Shown: piece after piece, positions 16,011 to 26,100 of the stretch
Layout of the letters: each line of letters begins with the position of its first letter
Position numbering within the stretch: position 1 is the first letter of the stretch
From: a virus
Taxonomy: Duplodnaviria > Caudoviricetes
Direction: 5' to 3' (one strand)
Virus record (IMG/VR): IMGVR_UViG_3300013099_000023
Coordinates: 1 to 55,952 of that record
Length of the DNA stretch: 55,952 bases
The notes under the pieces: model-generated
What the model was told of the DNA's origin: nothing
What the model saw: the letters and a program-made list of their open reading frames with translations, nothing else
Database searches by the model: none
Made by a program: the position numbers and the translations under genes

Positions 16011-18611
16011 TTAACTATATGTAATTAAATTATCCTTAATACTATCATAAAATAAACTAATCTCCTGTTCTCGATGTGTTTGATTATATAACATTATTTC
16101 ATCTATAAGTCCAGGAAAAAATGTGTCTGGAGTTTTATTAGGTATATTTAAACTAAAATTTGATGTCCATCTTGCATACCCTTTAGTTACTTCTACATGA
16201 CTAACTCTTGATTGTACATCTGCTAACATAATGCCCATAGTAGCAGTTGTAGTATGTATATAAACATCTATGTACTGCTGCCCTTGAATGACCCCGTCTA
16301 TAAATATGTATATTGTAGTGTTTTTCCTAACAATTGCTATATGATGCCAGCCTAACCAACTAAATTTATATACGTTACAGTGTACAGAGTAGATTGTTAC
16401 ACCGGCGGCGTCATATAATACAAAATATACCCTATAATAACTGTTACTTCTATACGCATAAACTCGTAACCCATTATTTTGTCCGTCAGTATTATAAAGT
16501 ACATTTATGTTACCATTTGTTATTACATATACCCAAAATGTAATAGTAAAATCACTATCACCCAATTCAAAATCATCTAAATTACCATTTACTCTGACCC
16601 AATTATAATTATATCCGCCAGGAGCAGGTACACTTGAACCTCTCACAGCTTCCAAAGACCCGTTACCAAATTTACTTACACTGTCATTAATATATAAAGA
16701 AGAATCATTTTTAGCTGTAAAAGTATGTCTTCCTACTTGGTCATAGTACGTTGTACCATTTGAAAGTAGTACCATAACAGTCCCAGATACTACTACACCA
16801 GAAACTGTTACTATTGGGATGGGATCAACGTATGTTACACCATCAACTAAATCCGAATCATAAGCACCCCCTAGATAAGAAGAGCCTATAGCTGTACTGT
16901 TACTTCCTAAAAAATCAGAACTGTACACAGTAGCTTCTGCCTCTAATTCTCCGTCCAAATAAATAGATGTTTTAGACGCATCTACTAAGCAAGTCACTAG
17001 ATGGTAATTATCTACATCAATTCCTGAAATAGTAGTGTTAGCTTCTACTCTAAGATTTGTGGACGTTCTTATAGCTGAAAATAATTGCCCATTATCTATA
17101 CCTATTTCCCAACCTTTATTTTGCCCTCCCAAACAAAATATAGTACCTCTTGCCATTAAGGTATTAAATTTTACTAGAGCATAAAAAGACATTGTACCAG
17201 TATAAGTATTTTTTATATTATCGTCTATCAATAAATAACCATTAGTAAAATTTATTGCTTTTCCTAAGGGTGCATCTTCATGATCATCCCTGTATATATT
17301 GTAAGAAATACAGTTATGCTTTCTTATGGTAGCATCTTGTACAGGATCTACGTCTACCCCTGTTTCTGTCATATGCCAAACACCTAAACTGTTAGATCCC
17401 CAAAGAGCAGTTGTTGTATATGTTCCTGGAGGACTTACATTGTAGTAGTTAGAAGATTTGTTTCTATTATAATATAAGTATAACTCTAAATTATTTAAAG
17501 TCTCTATAAAAGGTATTTGCGCCCATATTATAGCTTCTTTATTAGCAATATCCCATTTAACTATTTCGCAGTACATACGGTTACCTAGGCAGTCTTCTAA
17601 CGACCAAAAAGTCCTAAACTCATCTAAAACTAGGTGATCAAAAATTACTGATGTGTCATAACTCGTTAACCCTGAAGAAGAATCTAAACTAATTAAAACT
17701 ACACTATTATACATATTATACGCAAATGAAGTTACGTCTATTGTCAACTGGAACTTATAACTACCGTACCATTCTGACGGCAGTTTATGTATAGCAGGTG
17801 TAATATTTCTACGTATTAAATCATTGTAGCTTACAACATCATTATCCGCTTTACAGATTAAGTAATGTTCATCTGATACCGGAGTATAAATAGTAAATTT
17901 TCCAGAAGTCTCATCAGACACAGTTGAATTCATAAAAGAATCATCAGAGTGCCTGTAAGCCTTAATTACTCTTGATACAGGTAAGTAGTCCTCTGTTATT
18001 GTACCCTCAAAATAATAGTCTGTTATAGTCTTAAAATAAGACGTTCCGTAATTATAACCGTAGCCTGTGGCAGCATTGTAAACATAGTCTTCATAAGGTA
18101 TAGTTATCTTGTTTTTATCTGTGTATATATGGGTGCGTGTACTTATAACTGTTTCTGTAGTTAAATTAAAACTTGTTAAATCAAAAAAATTAAAAGAACA
18201 ATTAATAAAAGATAGATTCATACCAATAGATCTTATATTATAAATATTATAAGAAGAATAACCACCAAAATAACATCTATTGTATATAAACTCTAATCCA
18301 TCAGGATTTGTATAATCATAAAATTGCAATGAACTATAGTAAGTGCTATTAGCCTGAATATATAACTTCTCCCACACTATTTTTGTAGTTTGTTTTGTAA
18401 CTGCTGGTCTAGAATATATTCTTATCTCATAAAAATAAACCTTATTACCTGATACGTTGTCTGTATTACCTACCAAATGTATATTTTTATCGCATATAAA
18501 AAACCCATAATTACCTGGTTCAAGTAGTAACATATCACCATCTTCGGCATTATCATATGCTAAAGTTAAAGTTTCAAATTCTAATCCTGGCCCTACTCTA
18601 AGTACTCGCAT
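16011..18611 (-). CDS. Multidomain tail fibre/receptor-binding protein (beta-helix-like start, adaptor domain, DUF2341-like, nested LamG domains)
   Basis: RVGPG..F.TL..A...A.DGD..LLEPGNY; YCEIVKWD..EAIIWAQIP...LYLYY; GVWHM; DFTITFWVY...WHHIAIVR..IFIDG; GLIDEIMLY. Confidence 0.7.
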   Translation of the reverse strand: MRVLRVGPGLEFETLTLAYDNAEDGDMLLLEPGNYGFFICDKNIHLVGNTDNVSGNKVYFYEIRIYSRPAVTKQTTKIVWEKLYIQANSTYYSSLQFYDYTNPDGLEFIYNRCYFGGYSSYNIYNIRSIGMNLSFINCSFNFFDLTSFNLTTETVISTRTHIYTDKNKITIPYEDYVYNAATGYGYNYGTSYFKTITDYYFEGTITEDYLPVSRVIKAYRHSDDSFMNSTVSDETSGKFTIYTPVSDEHYLICKADNDVVSYNDLIRRNITPAIHKLPSEWYGSYKFQLTIDVTSFAYNMYNSVVLISLDSSSGLTSYDTSVIFDHLVLDEFRTFWSLEDCLGNRMYCEIVKWDIANKEAIIWAQIPFIETLNNLELYLYYNRNKSSNYYNVSPPGTYTTTALWGSNSLGVWHMTETGVDVDPVQDATIRKHNCISYNIYRDDHEDAPLGKAINFTNGYLLIDDNIKNTYTGTMSFYALVKFNTLMARGTIFCLGGQNKGWEIGIDNGQLFSAIRTSTNLRVEANTTISGIDVDNYHLVTCLVDASKTSIYLDGELEAEATVYSSDFLGSNSTAIGSSYLGGAYDSDLVDGVTYVDPIPIVTVSGVVVSGTVMVLLSNGTTYYDQVGRHTFTAKNDSSLYINDSVSKFGNGSLEAVRGSSVPAPGGYNYNWVRVNGNLDDFELGDSDFTITFWVYVITNGNINVLYNTDGQNNGLRVYAYRSNSYYRVYFVLYDAAGVTIYSVHCNVYKFSWLGWHHIAIVRKNTTIYIFIDGVIQGQQYIDVYIHTTTATMGIMLADVQSRVSHVEVTKGYARWTSNFSLNIPNKTPDTFFPGLIDEIMLYNQTHREQEISLFYDSIKDNLITYS

Positions 18612-18616
18612 ACATT

Positions 18617-20839
18617 TTACCCGTTTTTAAAATTTAAATTAACTACTTTATGTAAGGATTCTACTATATCTTTTTCTGTAAAATTAAACCAAATATTATC
18701 ACCTTTTGGAGATGTGTACTCATAATCTCCTACTATACTTGCTTCGAGATTTATTTGCAAGTGTTTTCCCACAATACTACCTAAAATATCTCTTTGAATA
18801 CCTTTGTACATGGCCCTTATTCTACCTTTTAACTCTGAAGATCCGTAACCTACGTACCTAGAGTAAATATAACTACTTAAATTTTTAAAAGGTAACTCAG
18901 ATAAAATCACATTTAAATTAGCTTTTAAATTACCTTTTCTAAAAGTACTTACTCTATCAATAGCATCTTTTATTGCCTCATCTATGTTTTTATATTTACT
19001 TAAATTAAATATGTACTTAGTAAGTACCTTTCCTTTTTCAACTCCTATACCAGGTCTATAACTAAAACCTACTACTCTGATTACCCAATGCTTTTCTCTG
19101 TTAGTTCTATAAACTTTTTTGTTCGATGAAACATACCTATAATAGCGTGCTTGCTCATTAAAATAAAGTTCAATATTTCTTTTCCAATCTAGTGTACTGT
19201 CATACGTTAAATTAAGTACATTACCTTTCGTTTCTATATTATTTGTATTAAATATTTTATCTGTGTAACAAATCAACTCTGATGTAAGACCTACAAAAGA
19301 TGTTCTATACTTAGTAGCTATTATAACAGCCTTTAAATTTTCCGCATTTCTAAAATAAGGACTACTTAACACGTCTATAGTATTATAGCTCAATCCTGCA
19401 TTGTCACTTTGTATTTTTATGTTTAAAGATGAGTACTTAGTTATAGGTATAAAATTGATATTAATAGAATTTAGTACAATATCAGTCCTGTCATTTATAT
19501 AAGCTTTTAAATTACCACTGTACCCATCATCCATATTTATATGAGCGTTTAAAGCTACGCTAGCATAGGAATGTAAAAAAGCTTTTAAATCCTTGTAATC
19601 CGTACTTAAACATGTAGTATTTATAGTGCAAAATAAGGATTTATAACTTAATAAATTTACATGGAAAGCTTTTTTTACATGTACTACCTTAGGAAACAAT
19701 CTAGCATATAAATTAGAAGCTGCTCCTGAAGCATTTAAATTAGCTTTTAAATTATTACCTAAAGACACATATAAGTGTGCGTACAATTCTTGAGTATAAA
19801 AACTACTTACAGATGCTTTTAAATTAGAGGTAACATTTAAACCCCTATAGGCATTAATACTGGTTTTTAAATCAACACCCGTAACAACATTTATACTTGT
19901 ATTTAAATCTCCTGGACCGTATACGGCTACCATTTTAACAAGTAGATCTTTACTATCCCAGCCGTGCAAATTTCCTAACAGATTTTTAGGTTCTATTAAA
20001 TAAATAGATGTAGGTAAATCTAAATAAAATGTAGCTAATATATTTGCTTTCAAATTTTTACTATACAGTTGGTATATATAAGCACTAAGATCTTTGTTGT
20101 CCCAACTGTGTAAACTAACACCAAAATCTTTGTAGTACCTAAAAAAACTTTTACTATAAGCACTTAAATTACTAGAAGCATGCCACAAATTTGGAACTAT
20201 ATTAGAAAACAAATCTCGTACTTCTATTATGTTCAAGTATGAATGTAAATTCTTAGGTTGTCTGTAGAAACTTTTACTATAAGCGCTTAAATCTATTGAA
20301 CCATGAAGAAGATTTGGAATTATACTGGAAAGTAAATCTTTTACTTCTATTACATTTAAATAGGCATATAAGTCCTTTTCAACATAATTACCTAGCAAAA
20401 TTCCACTTAAATCAAAACTTTTTCTTAGGTGACTTCTTAAATTAGCAGCAAGAAACTCAGTTCCGTAAAAATTACTACGTATAAATACACTTAAATTTTT
20501 AAAGTTGGATACTGCATTCAAATACGCCTTTAAATCTACGTTAGGAGGATTTATGTGTATAAACGACCCTAAATCTCTGATACCTCCAAAACTACAAGGC
20601 AGTTTTAGAGTTTGAACATTGTTATTTTTATATCCTACTATAATACTTCTACATTCTTTTACGTAAGTATAAGCCTCTTCTTGATATAGTTGAGAGACTT
20701 CTATAAAAGCATTTAAGTCACTAGATGTGCTTTTAAATGAAAAATTAAAATTTAAAGAGCTAAATTCAGGAGAAACATAACTACCATCCTTAAAACTAAA
20801 CTTTAAATAGTCTATTTTTGGAGGAATATATTGTGACAT
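18617..20839 (-). CDS. Repeat-rich putative fibre/shaft virion protein
   Basis: Many (D/N)L-x-A-x-(I/L) units at roughly 12-14 aa spacing; Y-x-x-P..F-x-F motifs at both termini. Confidence 0.6.
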   Translation of the reverse strand: MSQYIPPKIDYLKFSFKDGSYVSPEFSSLNFNFSFKSTSSDLNAFIEVSQLYQEEAYTYVKECRSIIVGYKNNNVQTLKLPCSFGGIRDLGSFIHINPPNVDLKAYLNAVSNFKNLSVFIRSNFYGTEFLAANLRSHLRKSFDLSGILLGNYVEKDLYAYLNVIEVKDLLSSIIPNLLHGSIDLSAYSKSFYRQPKNLHSYLNIIEVRDLFSNIVPNLWHASSNLSAYSKSFFRYYKDFGVSLHSWDNKDLSAYIYQLYSKNLKANILATFYLDLPTSIYLIEPKNLLGNLHGWDSKDLLVKMVAVYGPGDLNTSINVVTGVDLKTSINAYRGLNVTSNLKASVSSFYTQELYAHLYVSLGNNLKANLNASGAASNLYARLFPKVVHVKKAFHVNLLSYKSLFCTINTTCLSTDYKDLKAFLHSYASVALNAHINMDDGYSGNLKAYINDRTDIVLNSININFIPITKYSSLNIKIQSDNAGLSYNTIDVLSSPYFRNAENLKAVIIATKYRTSFVGLTSELICYTDKIFNTNNIETKGNVLNLTYDSTLDWKRNIELYFNEQARYYRYVSSNKKVYRTNREKHWVIRVVGFSYRPGIGVEKGKVLTKYIFNLSKYKNIDEAIKDAIDRVSTFRKGNLKANLNVILSELPFKNLSSYIYSRYVGYGSSELKGRIRAMYKGIQRDILGSIVGKHLQINLEASIVGDYEYTSPKGDNIWFNFTEKDIVESLHKVVNLNFKNG
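20145..20372. repeat. Diverged 123-bp (41 aa) tandem duplication inside the 740 aa gene
   Basis: AAACTTTTACTATAAGC.CTTAAAT at 20145 and 20268; peptide YLN.IEV.DL.S.I.PNL.H.S..LSAYSKSF twice. Confidence 0.85.
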
Positions 20840-20854
20840 AATGTTATGTATTAA

Positions 20855-23194
20855 TTATATATACCACCAACAACGTAACTTAGTAGTATAATTTATCTGG
20901 TCTTCATTACCTGTGTAAGCTGTTTTTATATACAAGTCTTTTGTGCTATTTACAGGTATGTCAGGTATAATTACTGGTAAAGGTATTGTAACATTACTTA
21001 AGACAGGTGATACTCCTGATTGTGTTGTACGCAAAACAAAACGTGTCTGATGATACTTTGTTTTAGGTAAAAAATAGCCAGAAAGAGCAACTTTTTTCCA
21101 TTCTAATGTACCTTCATCCCCCCAGACTGGGTCATCTGCATAAGGTAGTAAATGTTCGCCTGTTTCTGTGTAATAACTGTAATCTATGATTCTAATATGA
21201 GGAGTTCTTAAATTATAACTATCTATTATATTGCCCGACGCATCTAAAGTTACAGTAGGATTACTAGTTGCTGCATAATTATTACCATAATTCTCGTTTA
21301 TGTATATAACAAGAACCCTGTCTAAAGAAACTACTAATTTATTGTACATAGTTGAGCCCGCAATATAAGTTTCTGATAAAGTAATACCATAACTATCTAT
21401 GTGTATAACATGTGGGCCATTAATATACCACAAACCATCTTTTCCCGTTTTATCATTAGAAATACATTTAACACTGTTATAACCCACATAAGAATCTTTA
21501 GAAATAGTTTTTATGTACTGTATTTCCGCTGAGTCGCTAGTTGTTTGTTCATATTTTTGCAACTGTCGTGTAGATTCTTCTAATATCCAACAGCCCCCAT
21601 CATAATTTCCCGCAACATACTTGGCACTAATAACAGGTATATGAGCTTCTGTACTTTCACTGTAACTTAATCTAGTAACTCCACCTACTAGCGCAGAAAT
21701 GTACCATACTGAATTACCTCCTGAGTCTTTACAAGTTGAAAATGTAGCTACGTTTTCAACAAAATATATATGTTTTACTGGATAAGAATCATTGTTACCA
21801 TGTGCTACTAAAGCTAAACATTCAAGTTTATCATTGTAGTAAGGCAAAATCCAGTAATAACTGTGTGTAGCTTGGCACTTGCTATATCTATCCACTATCT
21901 GAGAATAGGTCTGAGAACCACTGTACCAATAATTAGCAGGCAGCTGTGGAACCCACGTCGCTATAGAGTAACTCACACCGTACTTATTAAATCTATACGT
22001 TTGTATTTGACCATGATTAGAGTCCTTATTATTCATGGTCATTACTATGTCACCAGTACTAGAAACCTCACATATACCTAAACAAACGAAGTGTGTCGAT
22101 GTGGCATAAGTACCATTTACCAATAAAATATAGGAACAAAAAGCTGTCTCTACGTTGGTTTTTAAATCTTTAGAGTACATTGTTGTTAATAAGGTATTAC
22201 CTGAGTCAATAATACCTGAAATATACAAAAGATCTCTTTTACTTTCCGGTTCTGAATTAGAACTTCTAACTTCTATTGTATAGTCATTGTCAGTAGGGTC
22301 TGTCTTTATAACACTAGTACCTGAGCAAGTAGACTTTGTCACTAAAAAACTTGAACTATGTCTATTAAAAGAAGTTATAGGGCAATTTAAACTACTTACG
22401 TAATTTTCCATATTAAATATTTGGGTGGTATAAATCCCTACAGGATTTTCTTGTGATACATCATCTATAGTTATGTAAATGTTATCTATAATAGTTATAT
22501 TATCCATGTACCCATAAGACCATCTATACGTAGAAGAAGCTGAGTCATCTTTTAAACTTACCCCATCTAAAACGCCATAAAAATACTTATTATCATTAGA
22601 AAGCTTTATGTAATCATCTGCAGGAGAAGCGCTGTAATCTACACACACGTAAGCGGTGGCCATTTCTACTGAACTTTGATTTTTTATTTTTAGTACATGT
22701 GCATCAGATAAGTTATCGGATTCACTATCTCTTATGTCAACCATAGTCTGGTTACCATCTTCCCCAAAACTAACAGAATAATCTTCATTATAAACTACAA
22801 GTTCTGAAAAATAAGTAGCTACTCCTGAAATTGTAATTAAAACTTTTTCTGGAGTAAATATTGTTGGAAGATTAGGCACAAAATAATACTCTCCATTATG
22901 TTGCTTGTCTAAAAGTATATAATTATCTGAGTAAGAATACTCTTTATAATAAAAATTTATATTATTTAATACTTGATAATTAGAAAGGTACATTCTAAAA
23001 TTATCTACTCTAATTTTACTTGAAAAATCTGCTTCTAAAAACAAAACATTAGAAGCATTTAAATTTATTTTTGTAGAGTCTAGCTCACTATCATACAAAG
23101 AACTTAGTTGATTGTAAGTAAGCGTAGTATTACCCAAACCTGGACCTGTAAGGCATGTAAGATTACTGTTAGCTATTATATTATATTTTGCCAT
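20855..23194 (-). CDS. Putative virion protein with central beta-propeller-like region
   Basis: SVWY/GCWI/GLWY-type blades; C-terminal DLYIKT..LRCWWYI strand. Start set at MAKYNII (23194), just after the upstream stop. Confidence 0.55.
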   Translation of the reverse strand: MAKYNIIANSNLTCLTGPGLGNTTLTYNQLSSLYDSELDSTKINLNASNVLFLEADFSSKIRVDNFRMYLSNYQVLNNINFYYKEYSYSDNYILLDKQHNGEYYFVPNLPTIFTPEKVLITISGVATYFSELVVYNEDYSVSFGEDGNQTMVDIRDSESDNLSDAHVLKIKNQSSVEMATAYVCVDYSASPADDYIKLSNDNKYFYGVLDGVSLKDDSASSTYRWSYGYMDNITIIDNIYITIDDVSQENPVGIYTTQIFNMENYVSSLNCPITSFNRHSSSFLVTKSTCSGTSVIKTDPTDNDYTIEVRSSNSEPESKRDLLYISGIIDSGNTLLTTMYSKDLKTNVETAFCSYILLVNGTYATSTHFVCLGICEVSSTGDIVMTMNNKDSNHGQIQTYRFNKYGVSYSIATWVPQLPANYWYSGSQTYSQIVDRYSKCQATHSYYWILPYYNDKLECLALVAHGNNDSYPVKHIYFVENVATFSTCKDSGGNSVWYISALVGGVTRLSYSESTEAHIPVISAKYVAGNYDGGCWILEESTRQLQKYEQTTSDSAEIQYIKTISKDSYVGYNSVKCISNDKTGKDGLWYINGPHVIHIDSYGITLSETYIAGSTMYNKLVVSLDRVLVIYINENYGNNYAATSNPTVTLDASGNIIDSYNLRTPHIRIIDYSYYTETGEHLLPYADDPVWGDEGTLEWKKVALSGYFLPKTKYHQTRFVLRTTQSGVSPVLSNVTIPLPVIIPDIPVNSTKDLYIKTAYTGNEDQINYTTKLRCWWYI

Positions 23195-23196
23195 AG

Positions 23197-26100
23197 TTAC
23201 ACCGTCACTATCCAATCAATGAGTAAATTTGCAGATTTATTTTTAAGTTTTCTAAATTCTTTATTTTTTATGGACTTTACGTACAAGGTGACTTCTTCTA
23301 ATGGAGCAACCCCAGAAACTGTTAAAGGCATCACACTAGCATGTCTGCCATAAAAATTAATATTGTCTAAAGATAAGTAAACAAAATCATTAACATCATA
23401 AGTAACAAGATCTTCACCTATTTTGGCAGTGTAGTCTGACACTTCTATACAGTAGTTATACACCTTTAAATTTTTAAATATAGCTGCTCCACTAGATTCA
23501 TTATTAAAAGCACCTTCGGGTGCTCCGCCGCCTAATATTAATCTAGAAGCTGCATCACTGGATACATTCCATAAAAACTTACTGTACCATGTCAATTTAC
23601 CATTAAAATATAACCTGAAGGAGTCCCCATTAGACATGTTACCCTTGTTATCCCACATTACAGTTATATGAAAGGGTTCGTCATACTCTAAAAAATCATC
23701 TTTATGTATTTTATTATCACCTGTTAATGAAAAAGTAACGTACTTTTCAGATACATCTCCCACACCGAATTCGAACCATTTTCCTGATTTTAAACCAAAA
23801 GTTACTATGTCATTATCAGGAGATGTGACAGAAAAAAATGTTCTTGAGGTGTATCTATCAAATAAATCTAATCCTACAGAGTTATTGTACATCTTTGCAA
23901 AAAATGATACAGTGCCTTTACTTATAGTCAAGTTAGATAAAGGTACCTCTACAAGTTCTGCATAAGATAAGCATAAAGAATTTTCACCTAAAACTTTTTC
24001 TTCATATAAACATCTTTTTATACCTATATTTTCTATGTACATACTAAGATCCCCTATACCGGTACCTCTGTAATTAAGCATGAAGCCTGCTAAAAAAGCA
24101 TTCCTTACTTCTGTATCTTTTTCCTGGGAAAAAGAATTTTTACTGTTTAAATTTATAGGAAATATAGTGCTATATTTACTGAATTGTAATTTTAGTTTAT
24201 TCCAACCAGAATGTAAAGACATCTCAGAAAAATCCCAAGCGTAAGCAAACGTTCCTCTATTTCTATTTCTATATCTTCCATTAGGATCGTAACCATTAGG
24301 GCATCCAAAGCCTATGCCTCCATAAGACACATCTAAATTATTTACGTCACTAATGTACAAATTTAAGCGTAAAAAATCTTTCTCCAGCCAGTAGGCATCT
24401 TTATAAAAAGAATCCCCCTCAATAAATTCTACACTGTCTTCTTTAGTACTTTTTGCATACGCTATTTTAAGTGACGCCTTATCTACTAGTACTCTCGTAA
24501 CGCTTGTACTTAAGGTAGAAAAGCTTGACTTCCACCAATTAGAGCTTTCTGTTATTTGATGAATGCTACCACTATTTATTTTAAACTCTTTGACATAGTG
24601 TGGATGGGCATTATCCACATTAGCATCAAAAGAATAATCTGTAGCTGTGTTGTCTATGGCGCATACCCAACGTGTATATTCTAAGGTTCTTTTTATTGTT
24701 ATATCTTTAACGCTACAAATAATCATGTTACCATCATCATCTGTTAAGTCATCGCTAGTTATTCCAAATATAAATTTAAAGAGTCCTGTAGTTTTAACAA
24801 TTAAAGTGTTTTGCTGAAATGTCCAAGCATCTTTTAGTTCTTGCACTGGAAAAAATTTATTACTTAAATCTGGGCCTATAATTTGTAAATAAAATAAATC
24901 TGAGGTGGTATTATTAAAAGCATACCAATTAAGATCATAAGCTCCAGCGTCTAAAAATAAAGAGTTATCTAATATATAAATAGATGCGCTTAACATATTG
25001 GTACTAACGGCATCTGGAAAGTTTAAATAGGTAAATTCATTATTATTACTAAAAAAAGCTACTTTTTTGGGGTCTGCTATATCTACATCAGAATATTTAA
25101 TGTAATTAAATTTATTTTCAGCGTAAGACAACCATAATGCCCCATCTATCTGATTACTAGGAAAAAGGCCGTCTCTATAAAAACTAAAATTAGATACGTT
25201 AAATTTACGTATAAGGTCTATACAGACTACGGGGTAATCTTCAGATGAAATAGTTTCTTTATTTTTAGGAGTATAAGCTTCAAACTCTCTAATAAAGCCG
25301 CCACTTAAAGTAGTATAAGTAACAAAACCACTTTCATCTTTTCTAGGTATTTCGTCTTCTCCAGAAATATATTTTGTGATAATAAACTCAAGTTTTTCAA
25401 TAGTTACTGTGTCAAACGTATGTGTAGTGACTTCAGAGGTATTACCTGTGATACTAAATAATTCAGTATATTCTAACCCAGAAGAAGTGGTATAACCATT
25501 AACTTTAAAATCTTCTGAAAAATACCCAGAACCGGTCTTTAAACCATGATAAATATCTATAGAACTTATTGTATAATGTTTATCAAAAAGTAAAGTCAGT
25601 GTAGGTTCAAGATCATCTACATCAAAACCCCAACAATCCTCATAATTAAGACCCTTTCTATCTCCTGTAATAGTATTACTAGCATCACAATTCTCTATAC
25701 TAGAAGTAGCTACTGTTTTTATACAAGCAGTTGTAATATTAATGGGAGACGAAAAGTAATTCGTTAATGCTTGACCTAAAGGCTGCCAAGTACAATTAAA
25801 CCCACCAGTACTTAATAAAGGCCTTTCAATGTTTGGATATAACCCTAACTTATCTAAAGATTTATTGCCTGTAGTGGGTATGTTTATTCTAAGCCATCTA
25901 TATTCTTCTAAATTAGCGATCTTTAAAGAGTTGTTATAAGTACTGACTGTAAAATCAGAAACATTTATAGGTTTACCTTTTCTTACGTGTAAATTATCTA
26001 TATAGCCATAAAAATTAGAAGAAGGACTATCAGGAAGACCTCCTACATATAAGTTACTTGCATTACTTTTAATATAAAAAATACCTATATCAAATAAACC

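Noticed and set aside
20145-20372. Near-identical repeat as a DGR template/variable pair
   Set aside because: Copies are tandem and in frame in mid-gene, differences are not restricted to adenines, and no reverse transcriptase is in the window.
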